Assembly: GCA_963775425.1 (NCBI GenBank)
Contig: CAVZJB010000003.1
Coordinates: 480,001 to 544,000, forward strand
From: an uncultured delta proteobacterium
GTDB taxonomy: Bacteria > Myxococcota > UBA727 > VGSZ01
Direction of reading: 5' to 3'
DNA: 64,000 bases
Part shown: in pieces, positions 27,808 to 39,539 of the stretch
How positions within the stretch are numbered: position 1 is the stretch's first letter
Layout of the letters: every line of letters begins with the position of its first letter
Notes under the pieces: generated by a model
Databases searched by the model: none
The model's input: only the letters and a program-made list of their open reading frames with translations
Told to the model about the DNA's origin: nothing
Made by a program: the position numbers and the translations under genes

Positions 27808-29448
27808 ATGCACGCCGCCGCCACCCCCGCCGCCGCCACCGAGCGCCGCCGCATCCGCATGGACGGCCACAACACCCTCGTCGACGTCGCGCGGAAGGTC
27901 TGCGGGGACCCGCGCCTGGCGCCGCTCCTGCAGGACCTGAACCCCACGCTGCCGGCGACGGGCGCGCTCCCCGCCGGCACCGTCGTCACCTGCCCGGGCA
28001 AGCAGGAGGCGGCGCGCTTCGCCAAGCGGATGGGCTTCACCCTCGGCTTCGACGAGCGCGCGGGCAACGGCACCGACGCGCGGCGCCGCTTCGCCCGCCA
28101 CCTCGGGCTGCATTCGGACCCCGGCAAGGTGGACGCGGTGGCCCTCGCGCGCTCGATGCTCGCGCGCGCGGTGAGCCCCCTGGAGGTCGGCAAGCGCCTC
28201 GCCCGCCAGTGCGACGACGCGGACCTCGCGACGCTCCTGCAGGCGACGGAGCCGGCGGTGCGGCAGGCGGCCCAGCACGCGGAGGCGCACGCGCTGTTCC
28301 CGCGGGCGGTGTCGCGGCTGTCCGCGGTGCGCAACGTCCTCGACGCGACCGCGAGGCCCGCGGGGCTGCTGGCGCTCCTCGAGGCGCTCGCCAAGGACGC
28401 GGCCGCCGCAGACCGGCTCCTGCAGGGCTGCGCGGTGGCGCCGGCGCTCCGCAAGGTGCTCGCGGAGGAGGCCGGGCGCGTCGTCGCCCTCGTCCGCAAG
28501 GCCCGGGAGGTGGCCGGGCTCGAGCGGGGCGCGCGCGACGCCACGGTCAAGGGCGACGCCGACGCGGCGCAGCTCAAGAAGATCGTCGACGCCCTCGCCG
28601 ACGGCGTCGACGCGCTCGGCGGCGATCGCGCGGCGGTCGTGGGCCTCGAGGCCGAGGTCGACGCGCTCAACCGGCACCTCGAGATGGTGCGCGGCGCGCT
28701 GCGCCAGGCCGAGGACGGGCTCGGGCGCGCGAGCGCGGAGGTCATCCGCACGGTGGCGCGGGGCCTCGACGGGCAGAAGCTGCCGCGGCCCTGGCCGCTG
28801 TTGACGTCGGTGACCCGCGAGGTCGGCGCGGCGATCGACCAGGCGCCGCCGACGGCGCGCGACCTCGGGCTCGGCGGGCTCCTGCGCCGCCGCGGGGCGT
28901 CGGCCGAGGGGGCGCCGGTGCGGCTCACGGTCGCGGACCTGCAGGTGCGCGCCGCCTCCTGCGCCCGCGCCGTCGACGAGGGCGAGGCGTTCGCGGAGCG
29001 CCTGGCGCCGAAGGTGGCGGAGCTGTTCGGGCTGATGCGGCCGCCGCCGGCGGTGGACGGCGGGACGCCGCAGGCGCGCAAGGCGCGACGGCGCGCGGCG
29101 TTCGATCATGCGGTGGCGGCCCGCGGCGCCGCGCGGCCCGACGGGGTCTCCGCGCTCGTCGGCGAGGTCGTGGACCGCGCGCGGCTCGGCGGCAACGGCG
29201 CGGCCGGCCGCCTCAACCGCGTGCAGATGGCGGCGCTCGACGAGGCCGCGCGCGCGGTGTCGTCGTCGCCGCTCACCATCCACCGGCAACCGATGTCGGA
29301 GCTCGGGCGGGCGCTCGTGGTGGCCGCCATGGCCCTCGATCGCGAGGTGGGGCAGGGGCTCCTGCGGCCCACCGGGCGCGAGGCGTTCGTCGCCGCCGCC
29401 GTGAAGCACGCGGGCCGGGTGCTGTCGGCCGCGAGCCTCGCGTTGTGA
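27808..29448 (+). CDS. Hypothetical helical protein with N-terminal LysM-like domain
   Basis: HNTLVDVARKVCGDPRLAPLLQDLNP...LPAGTVVTCP resembles LysM/tail-X pattern. Confidence 0.6.
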   Translation: MHAAATPAAATERRRIRMDGHNTLVDVARKVCGDPRLAPLLQDLNPTLPATGALPAGTVVTCPGKQEAARFAKRMGFTLGFDERAGNGTDARRRFARHLGLHSDPGKVDAVALARSMLARAVSPLEVGKRLARQCDDADLATLLQATEPAVRQAAQHAEAHALFPRAVSRLSAVRNVLDATARPAGLLALLEALAKDAAAADRLLQGCAVAPALRKVLAEEAGRVVALVRKAREVAGLERGARDATVKGDADAAQLKKIVDALADGVDALGGDRAAVVGLEAEVDALNRHLEMVRGALRQAEDGLGRASAEVIRTVARGLDGQKLPRPWPLLTSVTREVGAAIDQAPPTARDLGLGGLLRRRGASAEGAPVRLTVADLQVRAASCARAVDEGEAFAERLAPKVAELFGLMRPPPAVDGGTPQARKARRRAAFDHAVAARGAARPDGVSALVGEVVDRARLGGNGAAGRLNRVQMAALDEAARAVSSSPLTIHRQPMSELGRALVVAAMALDREVGQGLLRPTGREAFVAAAVKHAGRVLSAASLAL

Positions 29449-29457
29449 CCGAGGCGC

Positions 29458-29721
29458 TCAGGCCTTCTTGTTGGCGGCCGTCATCAGGCGGGAGATGCGG
29501 CGGGCGGCTGTGCGCTTGTGCAGCGCGCCCTTGCTCTTCGCCTTGGCGAGGCTGCGAACGGCCTCGCGGACGTCGCCGGCGACGGGCGAGGCCTTGCCGG
29601 AGTCGATCTCCGCACGGGCCTTCTTCACCTGGCTCTTGAGCGCGCCTTTCACGCGGCGGTTGCGCTCGTTGCGCTTCTCGGATTGCAGGTGACGCTTCCA
29701 CGCGGACTTGTGACTGGCCAT
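29458..29721 (-). CDS. rpsT: 30S ribosomal protein S20
   Basis: MASHKSAWKR...RNERNR...KGALHKRTAARRISRL. Confidence 0.95.
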   Translation of the reverse strand: MASHKSAWKRHLQSEKRNERNRRVKGALKSQVKKARAEIDSGKASPVAGDVREAVRSLAKAKSKGALHKRTAARRISRLMTAANKKA

Positions 29722-29781
29722 GAACAAAACTCCTGGGACGAGGGTTGGTAGTGAGGTGGGCGACACCTGTAAAGAGAGCAT

Positions 29782-31341
29782 GTGAAGGACCACGAGGGCC
29801 GCATCACCCGAAACGCGGGGGTCCTCGTGGGCCTGACGATGGCCTCGCGGGTGGCGGGCCTCGTCCGCGACTTCTGCATCACCCACTTCTTCGGCGCCAG
29901 CGGCATCACCGACGTGTTCTACATGGCGTTCACCATCCCGAACGTCATGCGCCGGCTGGTGGCCGAGGGGACCCTGACGGTCACGTTCCAGCCCGACTAC
30001 CTGAAGGTCCGCCAGCGGGACGGCGACGCCGCCGCCAGGCGCTTCTCGGCCGCGATCTTCGGCTTCGTCGTGCTCTTCGTGGGCGCGCTCTGCGTCCTCG
30101 GGGTGGTCGGCGCGCCGCTGCTCGTGCGGGCGTTCGCCGCCGGCTTCCTCGCCGACCCGGCGAAGTTCGCGCTCACCGTGCAGCTCACGCGCTTCCTGTT
30201 CCCTGTCATCTTCTTCATGTCGCTGGTGGCGCTGTCGATGGCGGTGCTCAACGCCCATGACGTCTACGGCCCGCCGGCGCTCGCGCCCGTCGTCATGAAC
30301 CTGTCCATCATCGGGTGCACCGTCGCCGGCGCCCTCACCTTCACCCGACCCGTGTACGGCATCGTCGTCGGCGTCCTCGTGGGCGGCGCGATGCAGTTGA
30401 TCGTGCAGATCCCGCCGCTGTTGCGCCGGCGGCTCCTCGTCGCCCCGCGCTTCGACGTCGGCGAGGCCGCCGTGAAGAGCACGCTCCTCGGCATGGTGCC
30501 CGGGCTGTTCACGCTGGCCGTCTATCAGGTGAACATCATCGTTTTGCGGCAGCTCGCGAGCTACCTCGCCGAAGGGAGCGTGAGCTATTACTATACATCG
30601 GATCGTTTGATGGAGCTCACCAACGGTGTGTTCGCCATCGCCATCGCGCAGGGCGCGTTCACGTCGATGAGCGAGTGCGCCGCCAAAGGAGACATCGAGG
30701 GTCTCAAGCAGATCTGGCGCTTCAGCTTCAAGCTGCAAAACCTGATTGCGATCCCCGCCTCCATCGGCCTCGCTCTTTTGGCCAGGCCCATCATCTCGGT
30801 GCTGTTCCTTCACGGCAAGTACACGTGGCTCGACGTGGAGCAGACCGGGCTGTGCGTGCTGGCCGCCTCCCCGGGGCTCGTGGCCACGGCCACGGTGCGG
30901 GGGACGGCGCAGGTCTTCTATGCGCTGCAGGATCGGGTGACGCCCGCCGTCGTCGGCGGGGTCGTCGTCTGCAGCAACCTCGGAATCGGGCTCCTCACGA
31001 TGCACCTCGGCCTCGGCATCGCCGGGCTGTCGGGGACGCTCGCGTGCTCGAACCTGCTGCAGGCCACGCTCCTCGTCGTGCTGCTGCGCAAGAAGATCGG
31101 GCCGCTGCGCTTCGGTGGCGTCGCCGGCGCCGCGGCCGCCAAGCTCGTCCTCGGGGCGGTCGCCGGCGCCGCGGCCTGGGGCGTCGCGCGCTTCGGCGAC
31201 TGGCAGGCGGGGACGTCGCCGGAAAACGCCGCGGTGCTCGCCGCGGCCATCGGCGCCGCGGTCGTCCTGTACGGCGCCGGCGCGGTGGCGCTGCGCTTCG
31301 AGGGCGTGGACGCGATCGTATCGAAGCTGCGCCGGCGGTGA
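29782..31341 (+). CDS. murJ: Lipid II flippase MurJ
   Basis: SRVAGLVRD, AFTIPN..RRLVAEG, DRLMEL, FYALQD; divergent from rpsT as is typical. Confidence 0.95.
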   Translation: MKDHEGRITRNAGVLVGLTMASRVAGLVRDFCITHFFGASGITDVFYMAFTIPNVMRRLVAEGTLTVTFQPDYLKVRQRDGDAAARRFSAAIFGFVVLFVGALCVLGVVGAPLLVRAFAAGFLADPAKFALTVQLTRFLFPVIFFMSLVALSMAVLNAHDVYGPPALAPVVMNLSIIGCTVAGALTFTRPVYGIVVGVLVGGAMQLIVQIPPLLRRRLLVAPRFDVGEAAVKSTLLGMVPGLFTLAVYQVNIIVLRQLASYLAEGSVSYYYTSDRLMELTNGVFAIAIAQGAFTSMSECAAKGDIEGLKQIWRFSFKLQNLIAIPASIGLALLARPIISVLFLHGKYTWLDVEQTGLCVLAASPGLVATATVRGTAQVFYALQDRVTPAVVGGVVVCSNLGIGLLTMHLGLGIAGLSGTLACSNLLQATLLVVLLRKKIGPLRFGGVAGAAAAKLVLGAVAGAAAWGVARFGDWQAGTSPENAAVLAAAIGAAVVLYGAGAVALRFEGVDAIVSKLRRR

Positions 31342-31349
31342 CGCGCTCG

Positions 31350-32144
31350 CTAGCCCCGCTCGGCGAGGATGCGCTTGGCGTTTTGCCACTTGTCCTCGAG
31401 CTCGGCGAGCGGGGTCTTTTCGGGGATCTTGCCCTCGGCCGCGAGCTGGTCCTCGACGAGGCGGAAGCGCGCTTCGAAGCGGGCGATGGTGGTGCGCAGG
31501 GCGCCCTCTGCGTCGATCTCGAAGTGGCGGGCGAGGTTGACGACGGCGTAGAGGAGGTCGCCCAGCTCGTGGGCGATGTGGGCCTTGTCGCCTTCGTCGA
31601 GGGCCTCCTTCAGCTCGCCGACCTCCTCGTCGATCTTGTCCACGACGCCCCGGTGGTCCGGCCAGTCGAAGCCCGCGCCGTGCGCCTTCTCTCCCGTCCG
31701 GTAGGCGCGCAGCAGGGCGGGGAGGTGGCGGGGGACGCCGTCGAGCGCGCTGCCGGCGCGCTCCTTTCGCTTCAGCGCCTCCCAGCTCTCCCGGGCGCCG
31801 TCCTGGCCGAAGAGGTGGGGGTGGCGCCGGACCAGCTTTTCGCGGATGGCGTCGCAGACGTCCCCGACGTCGAAGCGGCCGGCCTCCCGTTGGATTTCGC
31901 TCTGGAACACGATCTGCAGCATGAGGTCGCCGAGCTCGTCCCGGTGCTCCGGGACCCGGGGGCCGCCGCCGTCCTCGTCGAGGCCGTCCAGGACGTCGAG
32001 GACCTCGTGGGTCTCCTCCAGGAGGTACGACCGGAGCGTCCTGAGCGTCTGCTCGCGGTCCCAGGGGCAGCCGTCCTTCGCCCGCAGCGTCGTCATGGTG
32101 TCGCACAAAGCGAGAAAGCTGTCGGCCGCGTTTCTTCGGAGCAT
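31350..32144 (-). CDS. mazG: Nucleoside triphosphate pyrophosphohydrolase MazG
   Basis: GCPWDREQT, LEETHE, ELGDL, KLVRRHPH, GFDW, second ELGDLL. Confidence 0.95.
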   Translation of the reverse strand: MLRRNAADSFLALCDTMTTLRAKDGCPWDREQTLRTLRSYLLEETHEVLDVLDGLDEDGGGPRVPEHRDELGDLMLQIVFQSEIQREAGRFDVGDVCDAIREKLVRRHPHLFGQDGARESWEALKRKERAGSALDGVPRHLPALLRAYRTGEKAHGAGFDWPDHRGVVDKIDEEVGELKEALDEGDKAHIAHELGDLLYAVVNLARHFEIDAEGALRTTIARFEARFRLVEDQLAAEGKIPEKTPLAELEDKWQNAKRILAERG

Positions 32145-32170
32145 GGGTTCTTTTGGTAGCATCAGCGGCG

Positions 32171-33400
32171 ATGGAGAGCGACCCGTACAGCTTCGAGCTG
32201 GCCCCGAGCGTCGACATCACCCGGCTGCCGTTGACGACGGAGGAGGGCTTCGTCGTGTCGCGCATGCTCGGCCGCCGGGTGACGGCGCTCGACCTCGTGC
32301 GCGAAGGGGTGCCGCAGGCGCGCATCGACTCCGTCGTCGACAGCCTCGTCAAGAAGGGCGCCATCGTCCGCATCGGCTCCAAGAAGGGCGGCGCCGAGGC
32401 GGTCTACGGCGACGTCGTGTTCTCGGTGGGCGACCTCGCCGAGGCCGCCGACATCACCGAGGATCAGAAGAAGCGCATCCTGTTCGTCGAGATGAACCTC
32501 GACAAGTGGAGCTACTACAAGCTGCTCGGGCTGAGGAAGGGCTCGACGCCGGCGGAGATCAAGGCCGGCTACTTCCGCGCGTCGAAGGAGTTCCACCCCG
32601 ACGCATACTTCAGAAAGAACCTCGGCTCGTACAAGGACCGCGTCGACCGCATCTTCCGCACGATGAAGATCGCGTATGACCTGCTTTCGGACCCGGGCAA
32701 GCGCGCCGAGTACGACGCCACCGCCGTCATCGAGCTCACGCCGGAGGACGAGGCGGAGCTCGAGGTGCTCGCGGAGAAGAGGCGCCAAGGCAAGCTCGCG
32801 CAGGAGCGGGACGAACGAAACGCTGTCCGCATGAAGGAGGCGCGGCTCAAGAGAAACCCGATGGCCGAGCGCATCAAGAAGGGGCGGGACTACATGAAGC
32901 TCGCCGAGGACGCGCACGCGGCGGGCAAGATCGAGGAGGCGGCCAACCACGCCCGCCTCGCCGTCGGCTACGACCAGGGGCTGAAGGCGCACGCCGAGCG
33001 GTTCATCATCGAGGCCGCGCGGGCCCGCGCAGGCGGGATGATGAAGCGGGTGAATCAAATCCTGATGTCGCCGGCGGACACGCGCGAGCACCTGGCCGAG
33101 CTGAACCAGGTCGTGGACGAGGCTGCCGACATTGCCGCACAGGCCCGCGACGCCGAGCTGCTGGCTGACGTCTCGCGGGCCCTGCTCGCCCTGAAGCGGC
33201 CGGTGCGCGCCGCCAAGCTCGCCCAGACGGCCTCCGAGGCCGACCCCACCTCCGCCCGGGCGTGGGAGGCGCTGGCCGAGGCCGCCTCGGCCGACAACAA
33301 GTGGGCAATCTTGCTCAAGGCCTCCGAGCGCTGGCTCGGCCTGGACCGCACCAACGCACGCGCCAAGGAGCTGTTCAAAGAGGCCAAGCGCAACACCTGA
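32171..33400 (+). CDS. Class C J-domain protein with N-terminal winged-helix-like and C-terminal TPR-like regions
   Basis: YYKLLGL...IKAGYF...FHPD...AYDLLSDP.KRAEYD. Confidence 0.85.
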   Translation: MESDPYSFELAPSVDITRLPLTTEEGFVVSRMLGRRVTALDLVREGVPQARIDSVVDSLVKKGAIVRIGSKKGGAEAVYGDVVFSVGDLAEAADITEDQKKRILFVEMNLDKWSYYKLLGLRKGSTPAEIKAGYFRASKEFHPDAYFRKNLGSYKDRVDRIFRTMKIAYDLLSDPGKRAEYDATAVIELTPEDEAELEVLAEKRRQGKLAQERDERNAVRMKEARLKRNPMAERIKKGRDYMKLAEDAHAAGKIEEAANHARLAVGYDQGLKAHAERFIIEAARARAGGMMKRVNQILMSPADTREHLAELNQVVDEAADIAAQARDAELLADVSRALLALKRPVRAAKLAQTASEADPTSARAWEALAEAASADNKWAILLKASERWLGLDRTNARAKELFKEAKRNT

Positions 33401-33443
33401 CGAGGTTGTGTTCGAGGCCCGATCGCGGGCATGCTCGGCCGGA

Positions 33444-35288
<1,845 letters not shown>

Positions 35289-35331
35289 GGCCAAATCGAC
35301 GTGGCGGCGGCATCTGTCCTAGAACCGTGAT

Positions 35332-37885
35332 GTGAGCGAGAGCATCGACACCTGGCTCGAGGAGGGCCTGCGCTACTACAGCCAGGGCGACCCCTCCCGC
35401 GCGCTCGAGGCGTGGTACCGCATCCTCGACGTCGATCCCGCGCACTCGCTGGCGCAGCAGTATGTCGCGTACGTGCGGCAAGTCTATCGGCTGGACGCCA
35501 CGTCGACGCCACCGACGGCGCAGGCCGTGGCCGGCAACCAGCAGACGGCGACGCTGTCGCGCGGCGTGGCCATGCCGAGCCCGAGCGTCCCGGCAGCGGA
35601 GGCCGCCGCCGAGGAGAAGAAGAGCATCATCGGGCTCGACGCTACGTCGAGCTGGAGCGACGTCGTCGACTCCGCGTTCGACGTCACGCCCAAGGGGTCC
35701 CCGGCGTCGCCGGGCCCGCCCGCCAAGATGGCCGCCGGCAACCCCTGGGCGCCCCGGCCCCGCGGGAACAAAGACGGCGCGGACGCGGTGATGCCGCCGC
35801 CGACGATGCCGCCGCCGACCATGCCGACGCCGACCATGGCGCCTCCGACCATGCCGCCTCCGACCATGCCGCCTCCGACCATGCCGCCTCCGACCATGCC
35901 GCCGGAGTCGATGCCGCCGCCGACGATGTCGTCGATGCCGCCGCCGACGATGTCGTCGATGCCGCCGCCGTCGATGCCGCCGTCGACGATGTTGCCGTCG
36001 ATGCCGTCTTTGGCGCAGGCACCGTCGTCGCCGCAGCCGATGCCGCCGGAGTCGATGCCGACGGTGCCGCCGCAGTCGATGCCAGCGTCGACGCCGCCAG
36101 CGTCGCCGCCGCCAGCGTCGCCGCCGCCAGCGTCGCCAGCGTCGCCAGCGTCGACGCTGCCAGCGTCGACGCCGCCAGCGTCGATTTCGCCGGCGTCGAT
36201 TTCGCCGGAGTCGATGCCGCCGGGGTCGATGCCGCCGCAGTCGATGCCGCCGGAGTCGATGCCGCCGCACTCGGTGCCGCCGCAGTCGGTGCCGCCGGAG
36301 TCGATGCCGCCGCAGTCGGTGCCGCCGCCGGCCGCGTCGGAGCCTGCCGCGTCGGAGCCGTCGTCGCCGCCCCTCGCGCCGTCGCCGCTGCCCGTTGTGC
36401 CGTCGGCGAACCCCCTTGCGCCGACGCCGCTGCCCGTTGTGCCGTCGGCGAACCCCCTTGCGCCGACGCCTCTTGCGCCGTCGCCGTCGCCGCTCGCGTC
36501 GTCCCCGCCCGTTGCGCCGTCGCCCGCCGCGTCGTCGCCGTCGCCCGCCGCGTCGTCGCCGTCGCCCGCCGCGTCGTCGTCGTCGCCCGACCCGTCGTCG
36601 TCGTCCGCGTCGTCGGAGCCGTCGCCGCCGCTGGCGCCCGCTCCGCTGGCGGCGTCGGACGCGCCCGCGGACCCGGCTTTGTCGGGCGCTGCCTCGCCCG
36701 CGGCGGCTGCGCAGCCCGCGCAGGCGGACGCGGAGAGCGCGCCGGTGCTCGAGCCGGAGCCCCCTCCGCCGATGATCGAGCCGATCTCGACGTCGCTGCC
36801 CGCGATGGCGCCCGTCCGGGAGAGCGAGATTCGAGCAGATGCGCAAGGCCAGCGAGAAGACGGGTGAGTTCGACCCGTGGCGCGGCGACACGATGCCGCC
36901 GATCGTGCACCCCGATCCGGAGGCGGCGGCCGCGGCGGCCTCCGCGTTCGACCTCGCGCCCACGCCACCGCCGACCGACGTGCCTCCCGAGCTGCAGAAC
37001 CTCGGGGCGCAGACGGGGACCATCGACATCGACATCGACATCGACGACGCGCCGCCCCCGGCGTCGCCCCCGTCGCCCCCGGCGTCGCCCCCGTCACCGG
37101 CGTCGGAGCGCTCGCCGCCGGCGTGGAAGCAGACCGCCGTCGACGAGGTCGGCCTCGGCGCGGGCATCCACCGCGTCGGCGGCGCCAGCCGCGTCGAGGT
37201 CGCCGGCGGCGTCCCCGCTGAGCGACGCAGCCAGGAGAGGCCGGGCCGCGTCGAGGAGCGGGTGGTCAAGCAGAGCGTCCGCTTCGGCGAGAGCTTCGAC
37301 GATGGGCCCACGCCGCTCGCCCGCCCCGCCGAGCCCCCCGAGCCCGCGCCCAACGTGGTCATGGACCCCTGGGACGAGATCGGCGGGCCCGCCGTCGCGC
37401 TCGACCTCGACAAGTCCGAGCCGCCGCCGTCGCCGTTCGCCGCCCTCGTCAGCCAGCCTCCGCCGCAGGAGCCGGAGCCCGAGCCGGCGCCGGCGCCGGA
37501 GCAGGAGGAGGACCAGTGTGAGGCGCTCATGCGCGGCGCGCGCGAGCTGTTCGAGCTCGGCGACTTCTCCGGCTCCCTCGACCTCGTCGAGAAGGTCCTC
37601 AAGATCGACGCCGAGAACGTCAGCGCGCGTGCCTACATGCAGCGCAACGAGGCCACGCTCGTCAAGATGTACGAGTCCAAGCTCGGCGACATGGGTCGCA
37701 CGCCGCGGCAGCTCATGCCGCCCGACGAGGTCATCTGGATGAACATGCACCACAAGGCGGGCTTCCTGCTTTCGCAGGTGGATGGCCAGCTCTCGTTCGA
37801 GGACCTGCTCGTGATCTCCGGGATGCCGCGCTTCGACACCATGCGCATCCTCGCGGACCTCGTGCAGCAGGGGATCATCGGCTAG
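35332..37885 (+). pseudogene. Pro/Ser-rich TPR protein split by an apparent 1-nt insertion near 36830 (ORFs 35332-36867 and 36839-37885)
   Basis: TPR-like N-terminus, long PPxM/PAS repeats; removing one T in gagattcgagcag gives E-I-E-Q-M joining both ORFs. Confidence 0.65.
35791..36330 (+). repeat. Coding degenerate 15-bp repeats (MPPPT / SMPPE / SPPPA)
   Basis: atgccgcc(t/g)ccgac and tcgatgccgccg units. Confidence 0.8.
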
Positions 37886-37911
37886 GCGACCGGAGGAAAG
37901 GCGCGCCGCGC

Positions 37912-38724
37912 ATGATCGACATCGACGACGACTCGGCGCTCCCGGATGCGCTCCGCAACGCCACCTACCGCGTTGGCGGCATCTACGACGAGCCCGCCTG
38001 GTACGACGTCGACTACGCCGGCTACCGCGGCGAGGAAGCGTTCTACCGCCTCGTCCTCGACAAGGCGCTGAAGCCCGGCGGCGTCTGCGTCGAGCTCGGC
38101 GTCGGCACCGGCCGCCTCGCGCTGAGGTTCGTCGACGACGGCTTCCCGCTGCACGGCGTGGAGCCCTCACCCAAGATGCGCGCGCTCCTCGAAGAGAAAC
38201 GCGGGGCGCGCGCGCTCGTCGTCGAGGACGCCACGGCGCGCTCGTTCGTGGGTCCAGACGCGCGCATCGACGTCGTCACCTTCCCGTTCAACGGCCTCTT
38301 GCACGTGCGCACACGCGAAGAGATGCTCGCGAGCTTCGTGCACGTACGCGACAAGCTCGACGACGACGGCCGCTTCGCGCTCGACATCACCGGCCCATAT
38401 TGGGATGCCATGATCTACGGGCCCACCGCGTGGGGCCGCAGCGACGAGCGCACGCACCCGGAGACCGGGCGCAAGGTCCTCACCGCCGATCGCGCGCGCT
38501 ACGACCCGGCCACGCGCCAGATGCACATCGACATCCGCTACCTGCTCGAGGGCGAGCGCGAGGGCGTCGAGATCGCGCTCCTGCAGACGATGTGGACATG
38601 GCAGCAGGTGCTCGCCGCGCTCGAGGAGACCGGCTTCGCCGTGGAGCTCCTGTTCGGCGACGTCGACATGGCGCCCTTCGACGAGGGCTCGTCGCGGATG
38701 CTGGTGAGCGCGCGCAAGCGCTGA
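37912..38724 (+). CDS. Class I SAM-dependent methyltransferase
   Basis: VELGVGTGRL, GVEPSPKM, GF.VE.LFGD.D..PF. Confidence 0.85.
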   Translation: MIDIDDDSALPDALRNATYRVGGIYDEPAWYDVDYAGYRGEEAFYRLVLDKALKPGGVCVELGVGTGRLALRFVDDGFPLHGVEPSPKMRALLEEKRGARALVVEDATARSFVGPDARIDVVTFPFNGLLHVRTREEMLASFVHVRDKLDDDGRFALDITGPYWDAMIYGPTAWGRSDERTHPETGRKVLTADRARYDPATRQMHIDIRYLLEGEREGVEIALLQTMWTWQQVLAALEETGFAVELLFGDVDMAPFDEGSSRMLVSARKR

Positions 38725-38726
38725 GC

Positions 38727-39539
38727 TCAGGCGAGGCCGAGCTTCTGCAGGTGCATGTGGTGGTAGGAGCGCACCTTGGTCATCGGCGCGGAAGGGTCGA
38801 CGCCGAGGCGGGACATGTTGTCGGCGTTCTCTTCGAAGATGGCCATCATCTCGTCGGACAGCTCGCCCACCGTGTCCTCGACGACGGCGCGCTTGTCCGG
38901 CTGCGCGTCGAGCAGGCCGCGCAGCCGCATCAGCCCGAAGCCCACGTGGCGGCGCTCGTCGAGGAGGACGGTCTTGAGGATCTGGGAGGTGCCTGGGTCG
39001 ATCTCCTCGAGGAGCGCGGCGTTGAACTCGAAGAAGCCGAGCGCGAGGCCCTCGAGCGCGAGGTTCTGCCCAATGACACCGCCGACGAAGTCGCGCGAAT
39101 CGCAGACGCGGCTGCGCATGTCCTCGTGGAACTTGAACATGCGCGGGTTCACGTAGCGGCGGAGGGTGTCGTCGATGTCCTCGCGGCCGAGGAGGCGCAG
39201 GCGGTGCGTGAAGACCTCGACGTGCCGGGCCTCGTCGATGACCTGCGTGGCGAGGAACATGCGGGCGTTGTCGTCGGGGGCGTAGGCGCACAGGGCCGCC
39301 GAGCACTCGAACGCGATGCGCTCGCCCGCGAGGCCGGCGGCGACGGCGCCGACGACGGCGTGGTAGGTCATGTTGGGCAGATCGCGGAACTGCGCCTGCG
39401 ACAGCGGCGGGATGTCGGGCTCGTAGCCGAAGGTCTTTCCGTCGAGGTAGCGCGCCGTGGACTCGCGCCAGTGCTGGACCTCGTAGAGCTTGTGCGGGCG
39501 GAGCTCTTGCGCAGTGGGCGTGTAGGAAAGCTCGCTCAT
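38727..39539 (-). CDS. Ferritin-like diiron-carboxylate protein
   Basis: GE...DEARH...LEG...DERRH four-helix ligand pattern; ATGA overlap with TetR gene. Confidence 0.8.
   Translation of the reverse strand: MSELSYTPTAQELRPHKLYEVQHWRESTARYLDGKTFGYEPDIPPLSQAQFRDLPNMTYHAVVGAVAAGLAGERIAFECSAALCAYAPDDNARMFLATQVIDEARHVEVFTHRLRLLGREDIDDTLRRYVNPRMFKFHEDMRSRVCDSRDFVGGVIGQNLALEGLALGFFEFNAALLEEIDPGTSQILKTVLLDERRHVGFGLMRLRGLLDAQPDKRAVVEDTVGELSDEMMAIFEENADNMSRLGVDPSAPMTKVRSYHHMHLQKLGLA

Noticed and set aside
35791-36600. Repeats considered as a CRISPR array
   Set aside because: Degenerate in-frame 15-bp coding units without unique spacers; no cas genes
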